In this document: one piece after another, positions 19,198 through 29,742 of the stretch | Numbering within the stretch: position 1 is the first letter of the stretch | Layout of the letters: every line of letters starts with the position of its first letter | NCBI GenBank assembly: GCA_965261395.1 | Contig: OZ253462.1 | Location: forward strand, 4,864,001-4,928,000 | DNA: 64,000 nt | Direction of reading: 5' to 3' | From: Candidatus Latescibacterota bacterium | GTDB taxonomy: Bacteria > Latescibacterota > UBA2968 > UBA8231 | The notes under the pieces: model-generated | Databases searched by the model: none | Told to the model about the DNA's origin: nothing | What the model saw: the letters and a program-made list of their open reading frames with translations, nothing else | Made by a program: the position numbers and the translations under genes

Positions 19198-20307
19198 ATG
19201 ATGCGCTTCGTCCTTTTGGTCCTCGTCCTCACCCTAGTCGCCTGCTCCGACCCCGCCCCGGTATCTCCTCACCCTGCGGGCAAAGCCAACTGTGCCTTAT
19301 GCGAGTTCTTGGGCGACGACAACTACACCATTGCCGATGCTGACGAACAGGACACCGATGATAGCCCCGACAGCTCGTCCGAGGCAGAGGCAGAAGCCGA
19401 TAGCACCCAAGCGGACTCCGCAGCAGAAGCCGATAGTACTCAGGCGGACTCCTCTTTGGCCTCGGACTCAGATTTAGGGAGTTTCTTCGGGGATGACCGG
19501 TATACCGTTGCCGACCGGTTTTTAGCCGACGTCAACCTAGAGAGTGCGGTGCGACAGGCGATGGGCCGACCACAAGGCCTTCTTATACCAGAAGAAGTCG
19601 CTTTCCTAACCAGGCTCTCGGCTAGCAATAGAAATATTCAGAGTTTGGTGGGACTTGAGCATTTTGCGGCCCTGCAAAGTCTGCACTTGAATAGAAACCA
19701 GATTGTCGATCTGAACCCACTCAACCAACTAAATAACCTAGGTTGGCTGTATCTGAGCTTCAACCGGATTGACGATCTGAACCCACTCAAACAACTAACT
19801 GATTTGAAGCGGCTGGAACTGAGGGACAACCGGATTGTCGATCTGAACCCACTCAAACAACTAACCGATCTAGAGATACTGCATCTGGAGGACAACCAGA
19901 TTGTCGATATTACCCCGCTAAATCAATTAGCCAACCTAGGTTCGCTAGCTCTGTCGGACAACCAGATTGTCGATCTGAACCCACTGACGCAACTAACCAA
20001 CCTAAGGACGCTGTTTCTGGGCTTCAACCGGATTGTCGATATTACCCCGCTGGCCCAACTGACGGATCTAAGATCGCTGTATCTGTCCGGCAACCGGATT
20101 GACGATCTGAACCCACTCAAACAACTGACCAACCTGCGTTGGCTGTATCTGGACTACAACCAGATTACCGACCTAAGCCCTCTAGTCGCCAACGCCGGCT
20201 TAGGTGAAGGCGATGAAGTGAAATTGAAGGGCAATCCCTTAAGCACCCAAGCCCTCAACGAACAGATCCCCGCCCTGAGAGCAAGAGGCGTCAACGTCAC
20301 CTACTAA
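19198..20307 (+). CDS. class-A LRR lipoprotein
   Basis: Same architecture, ~8 LRRs. Confidence 0.9.
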   Translation: MMRFVLLVLVLTLVACSDPAPVSPHPAGKANCALCEFLGDDNYTIADADEQDTDDSPDSSSEAEAEADSTQADSAAEADSTQADSSLASDSDLGSFFGDDRYTVADRFLADVNLESAVRQAMGRPQGLLIPEEVAFLTRLSASNRNIQSLVGLEHFAALQSLHLNRNQIVDLNPLNQLNNLGWLYLSFNRIDDLNPLKQLTDLKRLELRDNRIVDLNPLKQLTDLEILHLEDNQIVDITPLNQLANLGSLALSDNQIVDLNPLTQLTNLRTLFLGFNRIVDITPLAQLTDLRSLYLSGNRIDDLNPLKQLTNLRWLYLDYNQITDLSPLVANAGLGEGDEVKLKGNPLSTQALNEQIPALRARGVNVTY

Positions 20308-20435
20308 ACCCGAACGAACCTTTACACCAAGAGACCCGCATAAAAACCCAACTCACCCACCTCCTCGCTCTGCTGACCACCTAAAGGGGGCAACCATATT
20401 TTAATCTCTCCTTTCCCATCCCCAGGAGAATCGCC

Positions 20436-21821
20436 ATGATCCGCCTCGTCCTTTTCGTTCTCGTCCCTACTCTAGTCGCCTGCTCCGGCCCCGCTCCGGT
20501 AGCACCTCATCCTGCGGGTAAAGCCAACTGTGCCTTGTGCGCGTTCTTGGGCGATGACAACTACACCATTGCCGATGCTGACGAGCAGGACACCGATGAT
20601 AGCCCCGACAGTTCTTCCGTGACAGAAGCAGAAGCCGATAGCACTCAGGCGGACCCCGCAGCAGAAACCGATAGTGCACAGGCGGACTCCTCTTTGCTCG
20701 CGGACTCCGGTCTAGGGAGTCTCTTCGGGGACGACCGCTACACCATTGCCGACAAGCTTTTCGCCGACACCAATCTGGAACGTGCCGTGCGACAGGCGCT
20801 GAATCGCCCACAAGGCGCCCTTACGCCAGAGGACTTTGCTCCTCTGACCACGCTTTCGGCCAGCGATAAAGACATTCGTAGTTTGGCAGGTCTTGAGCAC
20901 TTTACGGCCCTGCAAGCGCTAGACCTGAGCGACAACCAGATTGTCGATATTACCCCACTGACCCAACTGACCAACCTGAAACGACTAGACCTGAAGAAAA
21001 ATGAAATAGCCGATCTAACCCCGCTAACCAACTTGACGAACCTACTTTGGCTAGACCTGAGCGGCAACCTGATCGCCGATATAACCCCGCTGAACCAAAT
21101 GACTGAGTTGTCAGAGTTACATCTGAATTTCAACCGGCTTGTCGATTTAACTCCGCTGAACCAAATGACTGAGCTGAAAAGACTGGAACTAAGAGGCAAC
21201 TATATTGCCGACCTAACCCCGCTGGCCGCCTTGGACCTGAACCGGCTAGATCTGAGTTTCAATCAGCTAGCTGATGTCAGCCCACTGGGCGCATTAGAGC
21301 TGTCAACGCTAGAGCTAAGGGGCAACCTGATTGCCGATATAACCCCGCTGGTCACCCTGAAATACCTGTATTGGCTAGATCTGGGCCGCAACTATATTGC
21401 CGACCCAACCCCGCTGATCGCCTTGAAACGCGACCTATATATCCTGTGGCTGGACTCCAACCAGCTATCCGATCTAACTCCATTGAGCCAACTGACTAAC
21501 CTAGATTGGCTGTATCTGGGGGAGAACCAAATAGTTGATCTAACCCCACTGGCCCCACTGACCCAACTAACAGGGCTGCTTCTGAACAACAATCAGATTG
21601 TCGATCTAACCCCACTGACCCCCCTGACGAATCTGAATAGGCTGGATTTGCACAACAATCGGATTAAAAACTTGGTCCCCCTAATCCTCAATCCCGGCAT
21701 AGGTGAAGGCGTTTCGGGGCGGGTGGATAGGCTAACCTTGCAAGGCAATCCCCTTAGCCCCCCAGTCCGCAACACACAGATCCCCATCTTAGAAGAAAGA
21801 GGCGTCCAAGTCGAATACTAA
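20436..21821 (+). CDS. class-A LRR lipoprotein, close paralog of 17705..19159
   Basis: Same architecture, ~12 LRRs. Confidence 0.9.
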   Translation: MIRLVLFVLVPTLVACSGPAPVAPHPAGKANCALCAFLGDDNYTIADADEQDTDDSPDSSSVTEAEADSTQADPAAETDSAQADSSLLADSGLGSLFGDDRYTIADKLFADTNLERAVRQALNRPQGALTPEDFAPLTTLSASDKDIRSLAGLEHFTALQALDLSDNQIVDITPLTQLTNLKRLDLKKNEIADLTPLTNLTNLLWLDLSGNLIADITPLNQMTELSELHLNFNRLVDLTPLNQMTELKRLELRGNYIADLTPLAALDLNRLDLSFNQLADVSPLGALELSTLELRGNLIADITPLVTLKYLYWLDLGRNYIADPTPLIALKRDLYILWLDSNQLSDLTPLSQLTNLDWLYLGENQIVDLTPLAPLTQLTGLLLNNNQIVDLTPLTPLTNLNRLDLHNNRIKNLVPLILNPGIGEGVSGRVDRLTLQGNPLSPPVRNTQIPILEERGVQVEY

Positions 21822-21864
21822 ACTCGTCGCCACTATCCGTCCCTCTTCTACAAAGGACCTCGCC

Positions 21865-22548
21865 ATGAAAACCCAACGCACGGCCCTATTCTTCGCTCTG
21901 CTCCTTCTGGGGCTGGTAGCACTTGGGACTTCTGCGGCGACGGCGCAGACCGAATTATTCTTTGCCACCGGCGTCGATAGCACCGGCTGGGCACAGGCGC
22001 AAAGTAATGCCGACGGTCACGTGCTGATCGAGTCGCCGCAGTATCCGCGCGGCCTGTGGCTGCACTGCATAGAGCCAGTAGAGGACCGGCTGATTGGCTG
22101 GGAGGGACTAGCGGCCTTTCTACGGGAACGCGAGCAGGGCCAAGCCGGACGAGTCGTCGTGCAGATCGAGTCAAGTACGACCCTTATCACCTCGGCAGTT
22201 GAAGTAGAGAACCCGAAGGCCATAGAAACACTAGTGGCCAACTTGAATACGCTATATCTGCACTACAACCAGATTGTCGATATAACCCCGCTAAACCAAT
22301 TAAACAACTTGGAAACGCTGGATCTATACGGCAACCAGATTGTCGATATAGCTCCGCTGCAACAATTAATCAACCTGAATAGGCTAACTCTGCACGACAA
22401 CCAGATTGTCGACCTAAGCCCTCTAGTCGCCAATACCGGTCTAGGTGAAGGCGATTGGTTGAACTTGGAAAACAACCCCCTCAGCGCCCAAGCCCGCAAC
22501 GAACAGATCCCCGCCCTGCAAGCACGAGGCGTCAACGTCCATTACTAA
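21865..22548 (+). CDS. class-B secreted LRR protein with two in-frame internal deletions
   Basis: AQTELFFATGVDSTGWAQAQSNADGH N-domain; joins GLWLH|CIEPVE and ETLVA|NLNTLYL relative to paralogs. Confidence 0.75.
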   Translation: MKTQRTALFFALLLLGLVALGTSAATAQTELFFATGVDSTGWAQAQSNADGHVLIESPQYPRGLWLHCIEPVEDRLIGWEGLAAFLREREQGQAGRVVVQIESSTTLITSAVEVENPKAIETLVANLNTLYLHYNQIVDITPLNQLNNLETLDLYGNQIVDIAPLQQLINLNRLTLHDNQIVDLSPLVANTGLGEGDWLNLENNPLSAQARNEQIPALQARGVNVHY

Positions 22549-22679
22549 ACCCGAACCAGCCTCTGCACAAAGGAAGCCGTGATGAAAATCCAACTCACCG
22601 CTTAGTTACTCACCCTGCTGGCCCTTAAAGAGAGTGCCATGGTTGTAAGTGCTCATCCTCCACCCCAAGGAAAATCGCC

Positions 22680-24359
22680 ATGATTCGTCTCGTCCTTTTT
22701 ATCCTCGTCCTGACCCTCATCGCCTGCTCCGACCCCAAACCGGTAGCACCCCACCCTGCGGGCAAAGCTAACTGTGCCTTGTGCGGGTTCTTTGGCGACG
22801 ACAACTACACCATTGCCGAAGGGCAGGGTGCTCACGAAAGCCCCGAGCCCGACAGCCTGTCCATTGTGTTCGCGGACGCCAATATAGAAAGTGTGGTGCG
22901 GCAAGCACTAGATCGACCCCAAGGCCGCTTCACACCAGAGGACATCGCGTCCCTAACTAGTATCTCAGCTAGCGGTACGGCCATTCACAGTTTGACTGGC
23001 CTGGAGCACTTTATAGCCCTGCAACGGTTGGATCTGAAGAACAACGAGATCGCTGATATAACCCCGTTGGCGGCCTTGGCCGAGGTGGATTCGTTAGAAC
23101 TGAAGGACAACCTGATTGTCGATGTGACGCCGCTAACCGGCTTGACCCGCCTAGCTTGGCTGGAACTAGCCAACAACCTGATTGAAGCCGTGGCACCCTT
23201 GGTTGCTAACACCGGCTTGGGTGAAGGCGATCGAGTCAACTTGGAAAATAACCCTCTCAGCGACCAAGCCCGCAGCGAACAGATCCCTGCCCTACAAGCA
23301 AGAGGTGTCGAGGTTCAGTACACCCTTGTCGACGAGCAGGACACTGATACAAGCTCCGACAGCGCTTCCATTTTATTTGTGGACTCCAATTTGGAGAGGG
23401 TGGTGCGGCGGACGCTGCGCCGACCGCGCGGCCCTCTTACACTAGAGGACGTCGCGTCCCTAGCTGAGCTCTGGGCCCTCGATAGTGATATTCGCAGCTT
23501 AGCGGGCCTTGAACACTCGGCGGCCTTGCAAAGGCTGTATCTGTCCAGCAACCAGATTGTCGGTCTGAACCCGCTGAAACAGTTGACCAACCTAAAGATG
23601 CTGGAGATGCCAGACAACCAGATTATCGATCTGAACCCGCTGAAACAATTAACCAACCTGCGTTTGCTACGTATGTCCAAAAATCAGATAGCCGATGTGG
23701 CCCCGTTGACCAACTTGACCAAGCTGGTTCAGCTCTCTCTGGGAAGCAACCAGATTGTCGATCTGAACCCGCTGAAACAATTAACCAACCTACAAGGGCT
23801 ATATCTGTCCGATAACCAGATTGTCGATCTGAACCCCTTGGAACAATTGAAAAACTTGACATTACTATATCTGTCTGACAACCAGATAGCCGATCTGAAC
23901 CCGCTGGCCGATTTGAAAAACTTGGAAGAGCTATCGCTGGCCAATAACCAGATAGTGGATGTGAAGCCCCTAGCCCAATTGAAAAACTTGAAAGAGCTAT
24001 ACCTGTTCAATAATCAGATAGTGGATGTGAAGCCCCTAGCCCAATTGAAAAACTTGAAAGAATTATCGCTGTTCAATAATCAGATAGTGGATGTGAAGCC
24101 CCTAGCCCAATTGAAAAACTTGCAATACCTATATCTGTACAACAATCAGATAGCCGATGTGGAGCAGCTAACCCGATTGACCAACCTGCAAGTGCTGCGG
24201 CTGGATGATAACCAAATTGAGGACGTAAGTCCCTTGGTCGCCAACCCCGGCCTAGGGAAAGGCGATCGAGTATACTTGGCAAACAACCCCCTCAGCGCCC
24301 AAGCCCGCAACCAACAGATTCCCGCCCTGCAAGCAAGAGGTGTCGACGTCCGCTATTAA
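22680..24359 (+). CDS. class-A LRR lipoprotein with two tandem capped LRR modules
   Basis: The cap NPLS.QAR.EQIPALQARGV occurs twice; near-identical 66-bp repeats at ~23945-24145. Confidence 0.9.
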   Translation: MIRLVLFILVLTLIACSDPKPVAPHPAGKANCALCGFFGDDNYTIAEGQGAHESPEPDSLSIVFADANIESVVRQALDRPQGRFTPEDIASLTSISASGTAIHSLTGLEHFIALQRLDLKNNEIADITPLAALAEVDSLELKDNLIVDVTPLTGLTRLAWLELANNLIEAVAPLVANTGLGEGDRVNLENNPLSDQARSEQIPALQARGVEVQYTLVDEQDTDTSSDSASILFVDSNLERVVRRTLRRPRGPLTLEDVASLAELWALDSDIRSLAGLEHSAALQRLYLSSNQIVGLNPLKQLTNLKMLEMPDNQIIDLNPLKQLTNLRLLRMSKNQIADVAPLTNLTKLVQLSLGSNQIVDLNPLKQLTNLQGLYLSDNQIVDLNPLEQLKNLTLLYLSDNQIADLNPLADLKNLEELSLANNQIVDVKPLAQLKNLKELYLFNNQIVDVKPLAQLKNLKELSLFNNQIVDVKPLAQLKNLQYLYLYNNQIADVEQLTRLTNLQVLRLDDNQIEDVSPLVANPGLGKGDRVYLANNPLSAQARNQQIPALQARGVDVRY

Positions 24360-24475
24360 ACGGCACAAAGAAACCCACCATGAGAGCACAACTCATGCTA
24401 CACCTGATCCTGCTAGCTCCCTAAAGGGGAAAGCCATGTCTTAAGCGCTCCTACCCTATCCCAAGGAGAATCGCC

Positions 24476-25912
24476 ATGATACGCCTCGTCCCTTTCATCC
24501 TCGTCCTGACCCTAGTCGCCTGCTCCGACCCCGCACCGGTAGCACCCCACCCTGCGGGCAAAGCCAACTGTGCCTTGTGCGGGTTCTTGGGCGATGAAGA
24601 TTACACCATTGCCGACGGGCAAGGTGCCCATGAAAGTCCCAACCCCGAGAGTCCTCCCGGCTTGTTCAAGGACGCTGAGCTGGAGCGCGTGGTTCGAGAG
24701 GCACTGGACCGACCAGAAGGCTCCCTTACGCCAGAGGACGTCGCTTCCCTAACCCGTATTTCGGCCATCAGTAAAGACATTCGCAGTTTGGCGGGCATCG
24801 AGCATCTTACAGCCCTAAAAAGGCTGAATTTGTTCCGCAACCAGATTACCGATATAAGCCCCCTGGCTAACCTGAACAAACTGGATGAGCTATATCTGGG
24901 TTTCAACCAGATTGTCGATATAAGCCCACTTAACCAATTAAAAAAACTGAAGACGCTAGGTCTGTCCGACAATCAGATTGTCGATATAAGCCCACTCAAC
25001 CAATTAATCAACCTGAATTGGCTATATCTGGGTTTCAACCAGATTGTCGATCTGACCCCGCTCAACCAATTAATCAACCTGAGCATACTGGAGCTAAGCA
25101 ACAACCAGATTGTCGATCTGACCCCGCTCAACCAATTAAACAATCTGATTTCAATACAGCTAAACACAAACCAGATTGCCGACCTGATCCCACTGGCCAA
25201 CCTGAACAACCTGAATAGGCTATATCTGGATTTCAACCAGATTGCCGACCTGACCCCGCTCAACCAATTAAACAATCTGAATAGGCTAGATTTGTGCTGC
25301 AACCAGATTGCCGATCTGACCCCGCTGGCCAATCTGAACAATCTGAATTCGCTATCTCTGTCCGACAACCAGATTACCGATATAACCCCACTAGCCAACC
25401 TGAACAACCTGAAGGCGCTATGGCTGGGCCGCAACCAGATTGCCGATCTGACCCCACTGGCCTTCTTGACCAACCTGAAGGCGCTATCTCTGTACGACAA
25501 CCAGATTACCGGTATAACCCCGCTGGCCTTCTCGACCAACCTGAATGAGCTATGGCTGGGCTTCAACCAGATTGCCGACCTGACCCCACTGGCCTTCTTG
25601 ACCAACCTGAAGGCGCTGCGGCTGCACAGCAATCGGATTGTCGATCTGACCCCACTCAACCAATTAAACAACTTGGAGACGCTATCTCTAGCCAGCAACC
25701 AGATTGTCGATCTGGCCCCGCTGAAACAATTAACTAACTTGAATCTTCTAGCTCTGTACGAGAACCAGATTACCAACCTAAGCCCTCTAGTCGCCAACAC
25801 CGGCTTGGGTAGCGGCGATGAAGTAGATTTGCAAAGCAATCCCCTCAGCGACCAAGCCCGCAACGAACAGATCCCCGCCCTGCAAGCACGAGGCGTCGAC
25901 GTCCCTTACTAA
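24476..25912 (+). CDS. class-A LRR lipoprotein
   Basis: ~15 LRRs with variable xLxLxxN positions. Confidence 0.9.
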   Translation: MIRLVPFILVLTLVACSDPAPVAPHPAGKANCALCGFLGDEDYTIADGQGAHESPNPESPPGLFKDAELERVVREALDRPEGSLTPEDVASLTRISAISKDIRSLAGIEHLTALKRLNLFRNQITDISPLANLNKLDELYLGFNQIVDISPLNQLKKLKTLGLSDNQIVDISPLNQLINLNWLYLGFNQIVDLTPLNQLINLSILELSNNQIVDLTPLNQLNNLISIQLNTNQIADLIPLANLNNLNRLYLDFNQIADLTPLNQLNNLNRLDLCCNQIADLTPLANLNNLNSLSLSDNQITDITPLANLNNLKALWLGRNQIADLTPLAFLTNLKALSLYDNQITGITPLAFSTNLNELWLGFNQIADLTPLAFLTNLKALRLHSNRIVDLTPLNQLNNLETLSLASNQIVDLAPLKQLTNLNLLALYENQITNLSPLVANTGLGSGDEVDLQSNPLSDQARNEQIPALQARGVDVPY

Positions 25913-25946
25913 GTCCGAATCGGCCTCTACCACAAGGGACCCTGGC

Positions 25947-27071
25947 ATGAGAACCCAACGCACGGCCTTCTTCCTCGCTCTGTTCCTTCTGGGGCTGGTA
26001 GCACTTGGGGTCTCTGCGGCGACGGCGCAGACCAAACTCTTTTTTGCCACCGGCGTCGATAGCACCGGCTGGGCACAGGCGCAAAGCAATGCCGACGGCC
26101 ACGTGCTGATCGAGTCGCCGCAGTATCCGCGCGGCCTGTGGCTGCACTTGGTCGATGAAGCGGGGGATGCGCTAACTGCCATTCAAGTCGAATACCAAGG
26201 TCGGCCCGACAGCTTGGTGTCAATTCGCTGCGTCGATCCGGTTGGCGGCGTGCGGGAGACGCTGGTTTGGACCCGGCCCGAGGGCACCCCCTTGAGCTTG
26301 ACGCTGAAGCCCAGCGAATCGACCGACCTGCCGGCGGGGATAGCCTCCATCGACTGGCGCATCGACACGACTGCTGAAGCAGTACTAGAGCCGAAGAAAG
26401 AAACCTGGCGGATCGGCTGGGAGGAAGTGGCGACGTTTCTGCGGGCACGCTGGCAGAGCCAGACCGGGAGGGCCGCCGTGCAGATCAAGTCAAGTAGGAC
26501 CCTTACCACCTTGGTAGTTGAAGTAGAGCACCCGGAGACCATAGAAACACTGGTGGCTCACCTGCAACAGATGTATCGGCCAGCAGGAACCTCGCTCGGA
26601 GAAAGCACCGCTCTATATGTACAAGTGTTTAGGGGCGGCCTTGCTTCTTTACAGGAAGGCGTGATCCTCTATGTCCCTTTGTTCGCAGACGCCAATCTGG
26701 AGCGCGTGGTGCGGGAGGGCCTAGGCCGACCGCAAGGCCCCCTTACATCGGAGGACGTCGCTTCCCTAACCAAGCTCTCAGCCACCGGTAAAGACATTCA
26801 TAGTTTGGCGGGCATTGAGCATCTTATAGCCCTAAAATGGCTGCATCTGGGAGGCAACCAGATTTTCGACATAACCCCACTGCAACAATTAACCAATCTG
26901 ACATGGCTGACGATGAATAACAATCGAATTGAAAACTTGACTCCCCTAGTCGCCAACCCCGGCTTGGGTAGTGGCGATGAAGTAAATTTGCAAAGCAATC
27001 CCCTCAGCGACCAAACCCGTAAAGAACAGATCCCTGCCCTGAAAGCAAGAGGCGTCAACGTCACCTACTAA
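25947..27071 (+). CDS. class-B secreted LRR protein
   Basis: Sec signal, ~240-aa unrecognised N-domain, 2-3 LRRs and cap. Confidence 0.85.
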   Translation: MRTQRTAFFLALFLLGLVALGVSAATAQTKLFFATGVDSTGWAQAQSNADGHVLIESPQYPRGLWLHLVDEAGDALTAIQVEYQGRPDSLVSIRCVDPVGGVRETLVWTRPEGTPLSLTLKPSESTDLPAGIASIDWRIDTTAEAVLEPKKETWRIGWEEVATFLRARWQSQTGRAAVQIKSSRTLTTLVVEVEHPETIETLVAHLQQMYRPAGTSLGESTALYVQVFRGGLASLQEGVILYVPLFADANLERVVREGLGRPQGPLTSEDVASLTKLSATGKDIHSLAGIEHLIALKWLHLGGNQIFDITPLQQLTNLTWLTMNNNRIENLTPLVANPGLGSGDEVNLQSNPLSDQTRKEQIPALKARGVNVTY

Positions 27072-27101
27072 CACCCGGATCGGCTTCTGCGAAAGGCCCC
27101 T

Positions 27102-28295
27102 ATGAAAACCCAACGTATGGCCTTGCTCCTCACTCTGCTTCTTCCGGGGCTGACGGCACTTGGGGTCTCTGCGGCGACGGCGCAGACCGAATTATTCTTT
27201 GCCACCGGCGTCGATAGCACCGGCCGAGCGCTGGCGCAAAGCAATGCCGACGGCCACGTGCTGATCGAGTCGCCGCAGTATCCGCGCGGCCTGTGGCTGC
27301 ACTTGGTCGATGAAGCGGGGGATGCGCTGGCCGACATTCAAGTTGAATACCAGGGCTGGCCCGACAGCTTGGTGGTCTTGCGTTGCGTTGATCCAGCCGG
27401 CGGCGTGCGGGAGACGTTGATTTGGACCCGGCCCTCGGGCGATCCCCTCCGCTTGACGCTGAAGCCCAAGAAAGTAGGCGATCTGCCAGCGGGGTTAACT
27501 CCAATTGATTGGCAAATCAACCTAAGTGTTGAGCCCCTGCTGGAGCGGGTAAAGAAGGCACGGTTGATCGGCTGGGAGGCGTTGGAGGCCTTCCTGCGGG
27601 AGCGCTGGGCGGGCCAAACTGGTCGAGTCTCCGTGCGGATCAAGTCAAGTACGACCTTTACCATCTTGGCAGTTGAAGTAGATCGCCCGGAGGCCGTAGA
27701 GGCACTGGTGGCTCACCTGCAACAGTTGCATCAGACAGCGGGAGTCTCGCTCGGAGAAAATACCACCCTAATAGAAGTGCAAGTATTTAGGAATCTTGCC
27801 CTGCTAGAAGACGTGATCCACCTCAACCCTTTCTTCTTTGAGGACGCGGCGCTGGCGACGGCAGTGCGAAGGGCCCTAGGCCTAGCGCAGGGCACCTCTT
27901 TTGCCCCCGAGGAAGCCGCTTCCTTGACTAGACTCGGGGCCGGTGATAGCGATATTCACAGTTTGGTGGGTCTCGGGCAATTGGCGGCCTTGCAACGGCT
28001 ATATCTGTCCGAAAACCAAATCGCCGACCTGACCCCACTCGCCCAATTGAAAAACTTGGAAGAGCTATATCTGTCCAACAATCAGATAACCGATGTGACG
28101 CCGCTAACCCGACTGACCAACCTGCAAGTGCTAGGGCTGGATGACAACCAAATTGAGGACTTAAGTCCCTTGGTCGCCAACCCCGGCTTAGGGGAAGGCG
28201 ATCGAATATACTTGGAAAACAACCCTCTTAGCGCCCAAGCCCGCAACGAACAGATTCCCGCCCTAAAAGCAAGAGGCGTCAACGTCACCTACTAA
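27102..28295 (+). CDS. class-B secreted LRR protein
   Basis: Same architecture. Confidence 0.85.
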   Translation: MKTQRMALLLTLLLPGLTALGVSAATAQTELFFATGVDSTGRALAQSNADGHVLIESPQYPRGLWLHLVDEAGDALADIQVEYQGWPDSLVVLRCVDPAGGVRETLIWTRPSGDPLRLTLKPKKVGDLPAGLTPIDWQINLSVEPLLERVKKARLIGWEALEAFLRERWAGQTGRVSVRIKSSTTFTILAVEVDRPEAVEALVAHLQQLHQTAGVSLGENTTLIEVQVFRNLALLEDVIHLNPFFFEDAALATAVRRALGLAQGTSFAPEEAASLTRLGAGDSDIHSLVGLGQLAALQRLYLSENQIADLTPLAQLKNLEELYLSNNQITDVTPLTRLTNLQVLGLDDNQIEDLSPLVANPGLGEGDRIYLENNPLSAQARNEQIPALKARGVNVTY

Positions 28296-28327
28296 ACTCG
28301 AACCGGCCTCTACGAAAGGCTCCCACC

Positions 28328-29503
28328 ATGAAAACCCAACACACGACCTTGCTCCTCGCTCTGCTCCTTCTGGGGCTGGCAACACTTGGGGGCTCTGCGG
28401 CGACAGCGCAGACCGAACTCTTCTTTGCCACCGGCGTCGATAGCACTGGCTGGGCACAGGCGCAAAGCAATGCCGACGGCCATGTGCTGATCGAGTCGCT
28501 GGAGTATCCGCGCGGCCTGTGGCTGCACTTGGTCGATGAAGCGGGGGATGCGATAGCCGGCCTTCAGGTCGAATACCAAGGCCGGCCCGACAGCTTGGTA
28601 GCGATTCGATGTGTTGATCCGGCCAGAGAGGTGCAGGAGACGCTGGTTTGGACTCGGCCCGAGGGCACCCTATTGCGCTTGATATTGAAGCCCAAAGAAG
28701 CCGCTGACCTGCCAGCGGGGCTGGTCTCCATAGACTGGCAAGTTGATACGAGCGCTGAATCGCTGCTAGAGCCGACCGAGACCCGGCTGATCGGCTGGGA
28801 GGCCGTAGCAGCCTTCCTACAGGAACGCTGGCAGGACCAAGCCGGGCGCGTGGCGGTGCAGTTCGATACCAGTACCTTGGCGGTTGGAGTGGATCACCCA
28901 GAGAACATAGAGACGCTGGTGGCCCACCTGAAACAGGTACATCGGCCAGCAGGAACCTCGCCTGAAGAAAAAACCGCTCTATACGCACAGGTGTTTAGAG
29001 GAGGCTTTGCTTCTTTACAGGAAGGCGTGATCCTCTATTTCCCCTTGTTCGCGGACGCCAATCTAGAGAGCGTGGTGTGGGGGAGACTAGGCCGACCACA
29101 AGGCCGCCTTACACCAGGGGACGTCGCTTCCCTGAAGAGTCCCTCCTTCTACAATAAAGACATTCATAGTTTGGCAGGCATCGAGTATCTTACCGCCCTG
29201 CAACGGCTGGATCTGGGCAGCAACCAAGTAGTCGATCTGGCCCCCCTGACCTCATTGACCAACTTGCAAGAGCTATTTCTGCACCGCAACCAGATAGTTG
29301 ATCTGAGCCCACTAAAACAATTGACCAACCTGCAAGAGCTATGGCTTGGGGACAACCAGATTGAAGACTTGGACCCCTTGATCACTAACGCTGGCTTGGG
29401 GAAAGGCGATTTGGTCAACTTGCAAAACAACCCCCTCAGTGCCCAAGCCCGCAACGAACAGATCCCCGCCCTGAAAGCAAGAGGCGTCATCATCAACTAC
29501 TAA
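28328..29503 (+). CDS. class-B secreted LRR protein
   Basis: Same architecture. Confidence 0.85.
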   Translation: MKTQHTTLLLALLLLGLATLGGSAATAQTELFFATGVDSTGWAQAQSNADGHVLIESLEYPRGLWLHLVDEAGDAIAGLQVEYQGRPDSLVAIRCVDPAREVQETLVWTRPEGTLLRLILKPKEAADLPAGLVSIDWQVDTSAESLLEPTETRLIGWEAVAAFLQERWQDQAGRVAVQFDTSTLAVGVDHPENIETLVAHLKQVHRPAGTSPEEKTALYAQVFRGGFASLQEGVILYFPLFADANLESVVWGRLGRPQGRLTPGDVASLKSPSFYNKDIHSLAGIEYLTALQRLDLGSNQVVDLAPLTSLTNLQELFLHRNQIVDLSPLKQLTNLQELWLGDNQIEDLDPLITNAGLGKGDLVNLQNNPLSAQARNEQIPALKARGVIINY

Positions 29504-29742
29504 ACCCGACATCTCTCCGTCCCTCTTCAGCGAAAGGACCCCGCCATGAAAGCCCAACTCACCCTGCTTCTTCCCGCCTAGGCCAATGGCGCGCCGGTTT
29601 TTATTTTGGTGCCCAGATGGTATATTCGACATACCAAACGTGTTCGGATGGTATTAGCAGTGGATCGGGATAGCAACAAAGCATTTGAGCGCGTTTCTGG
29701 GTTAAGCGTCGAAGGCAGGTCAACCGAATAAGGAATCTCCTC

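Noticed and set aside
24601-25863. Long antisense ORFs over LRR genes (also 18010-18600 and 20738-21199)
   Set aside because: Shadow frames produced by repetitive LRR codons; no RBS or independent signal.
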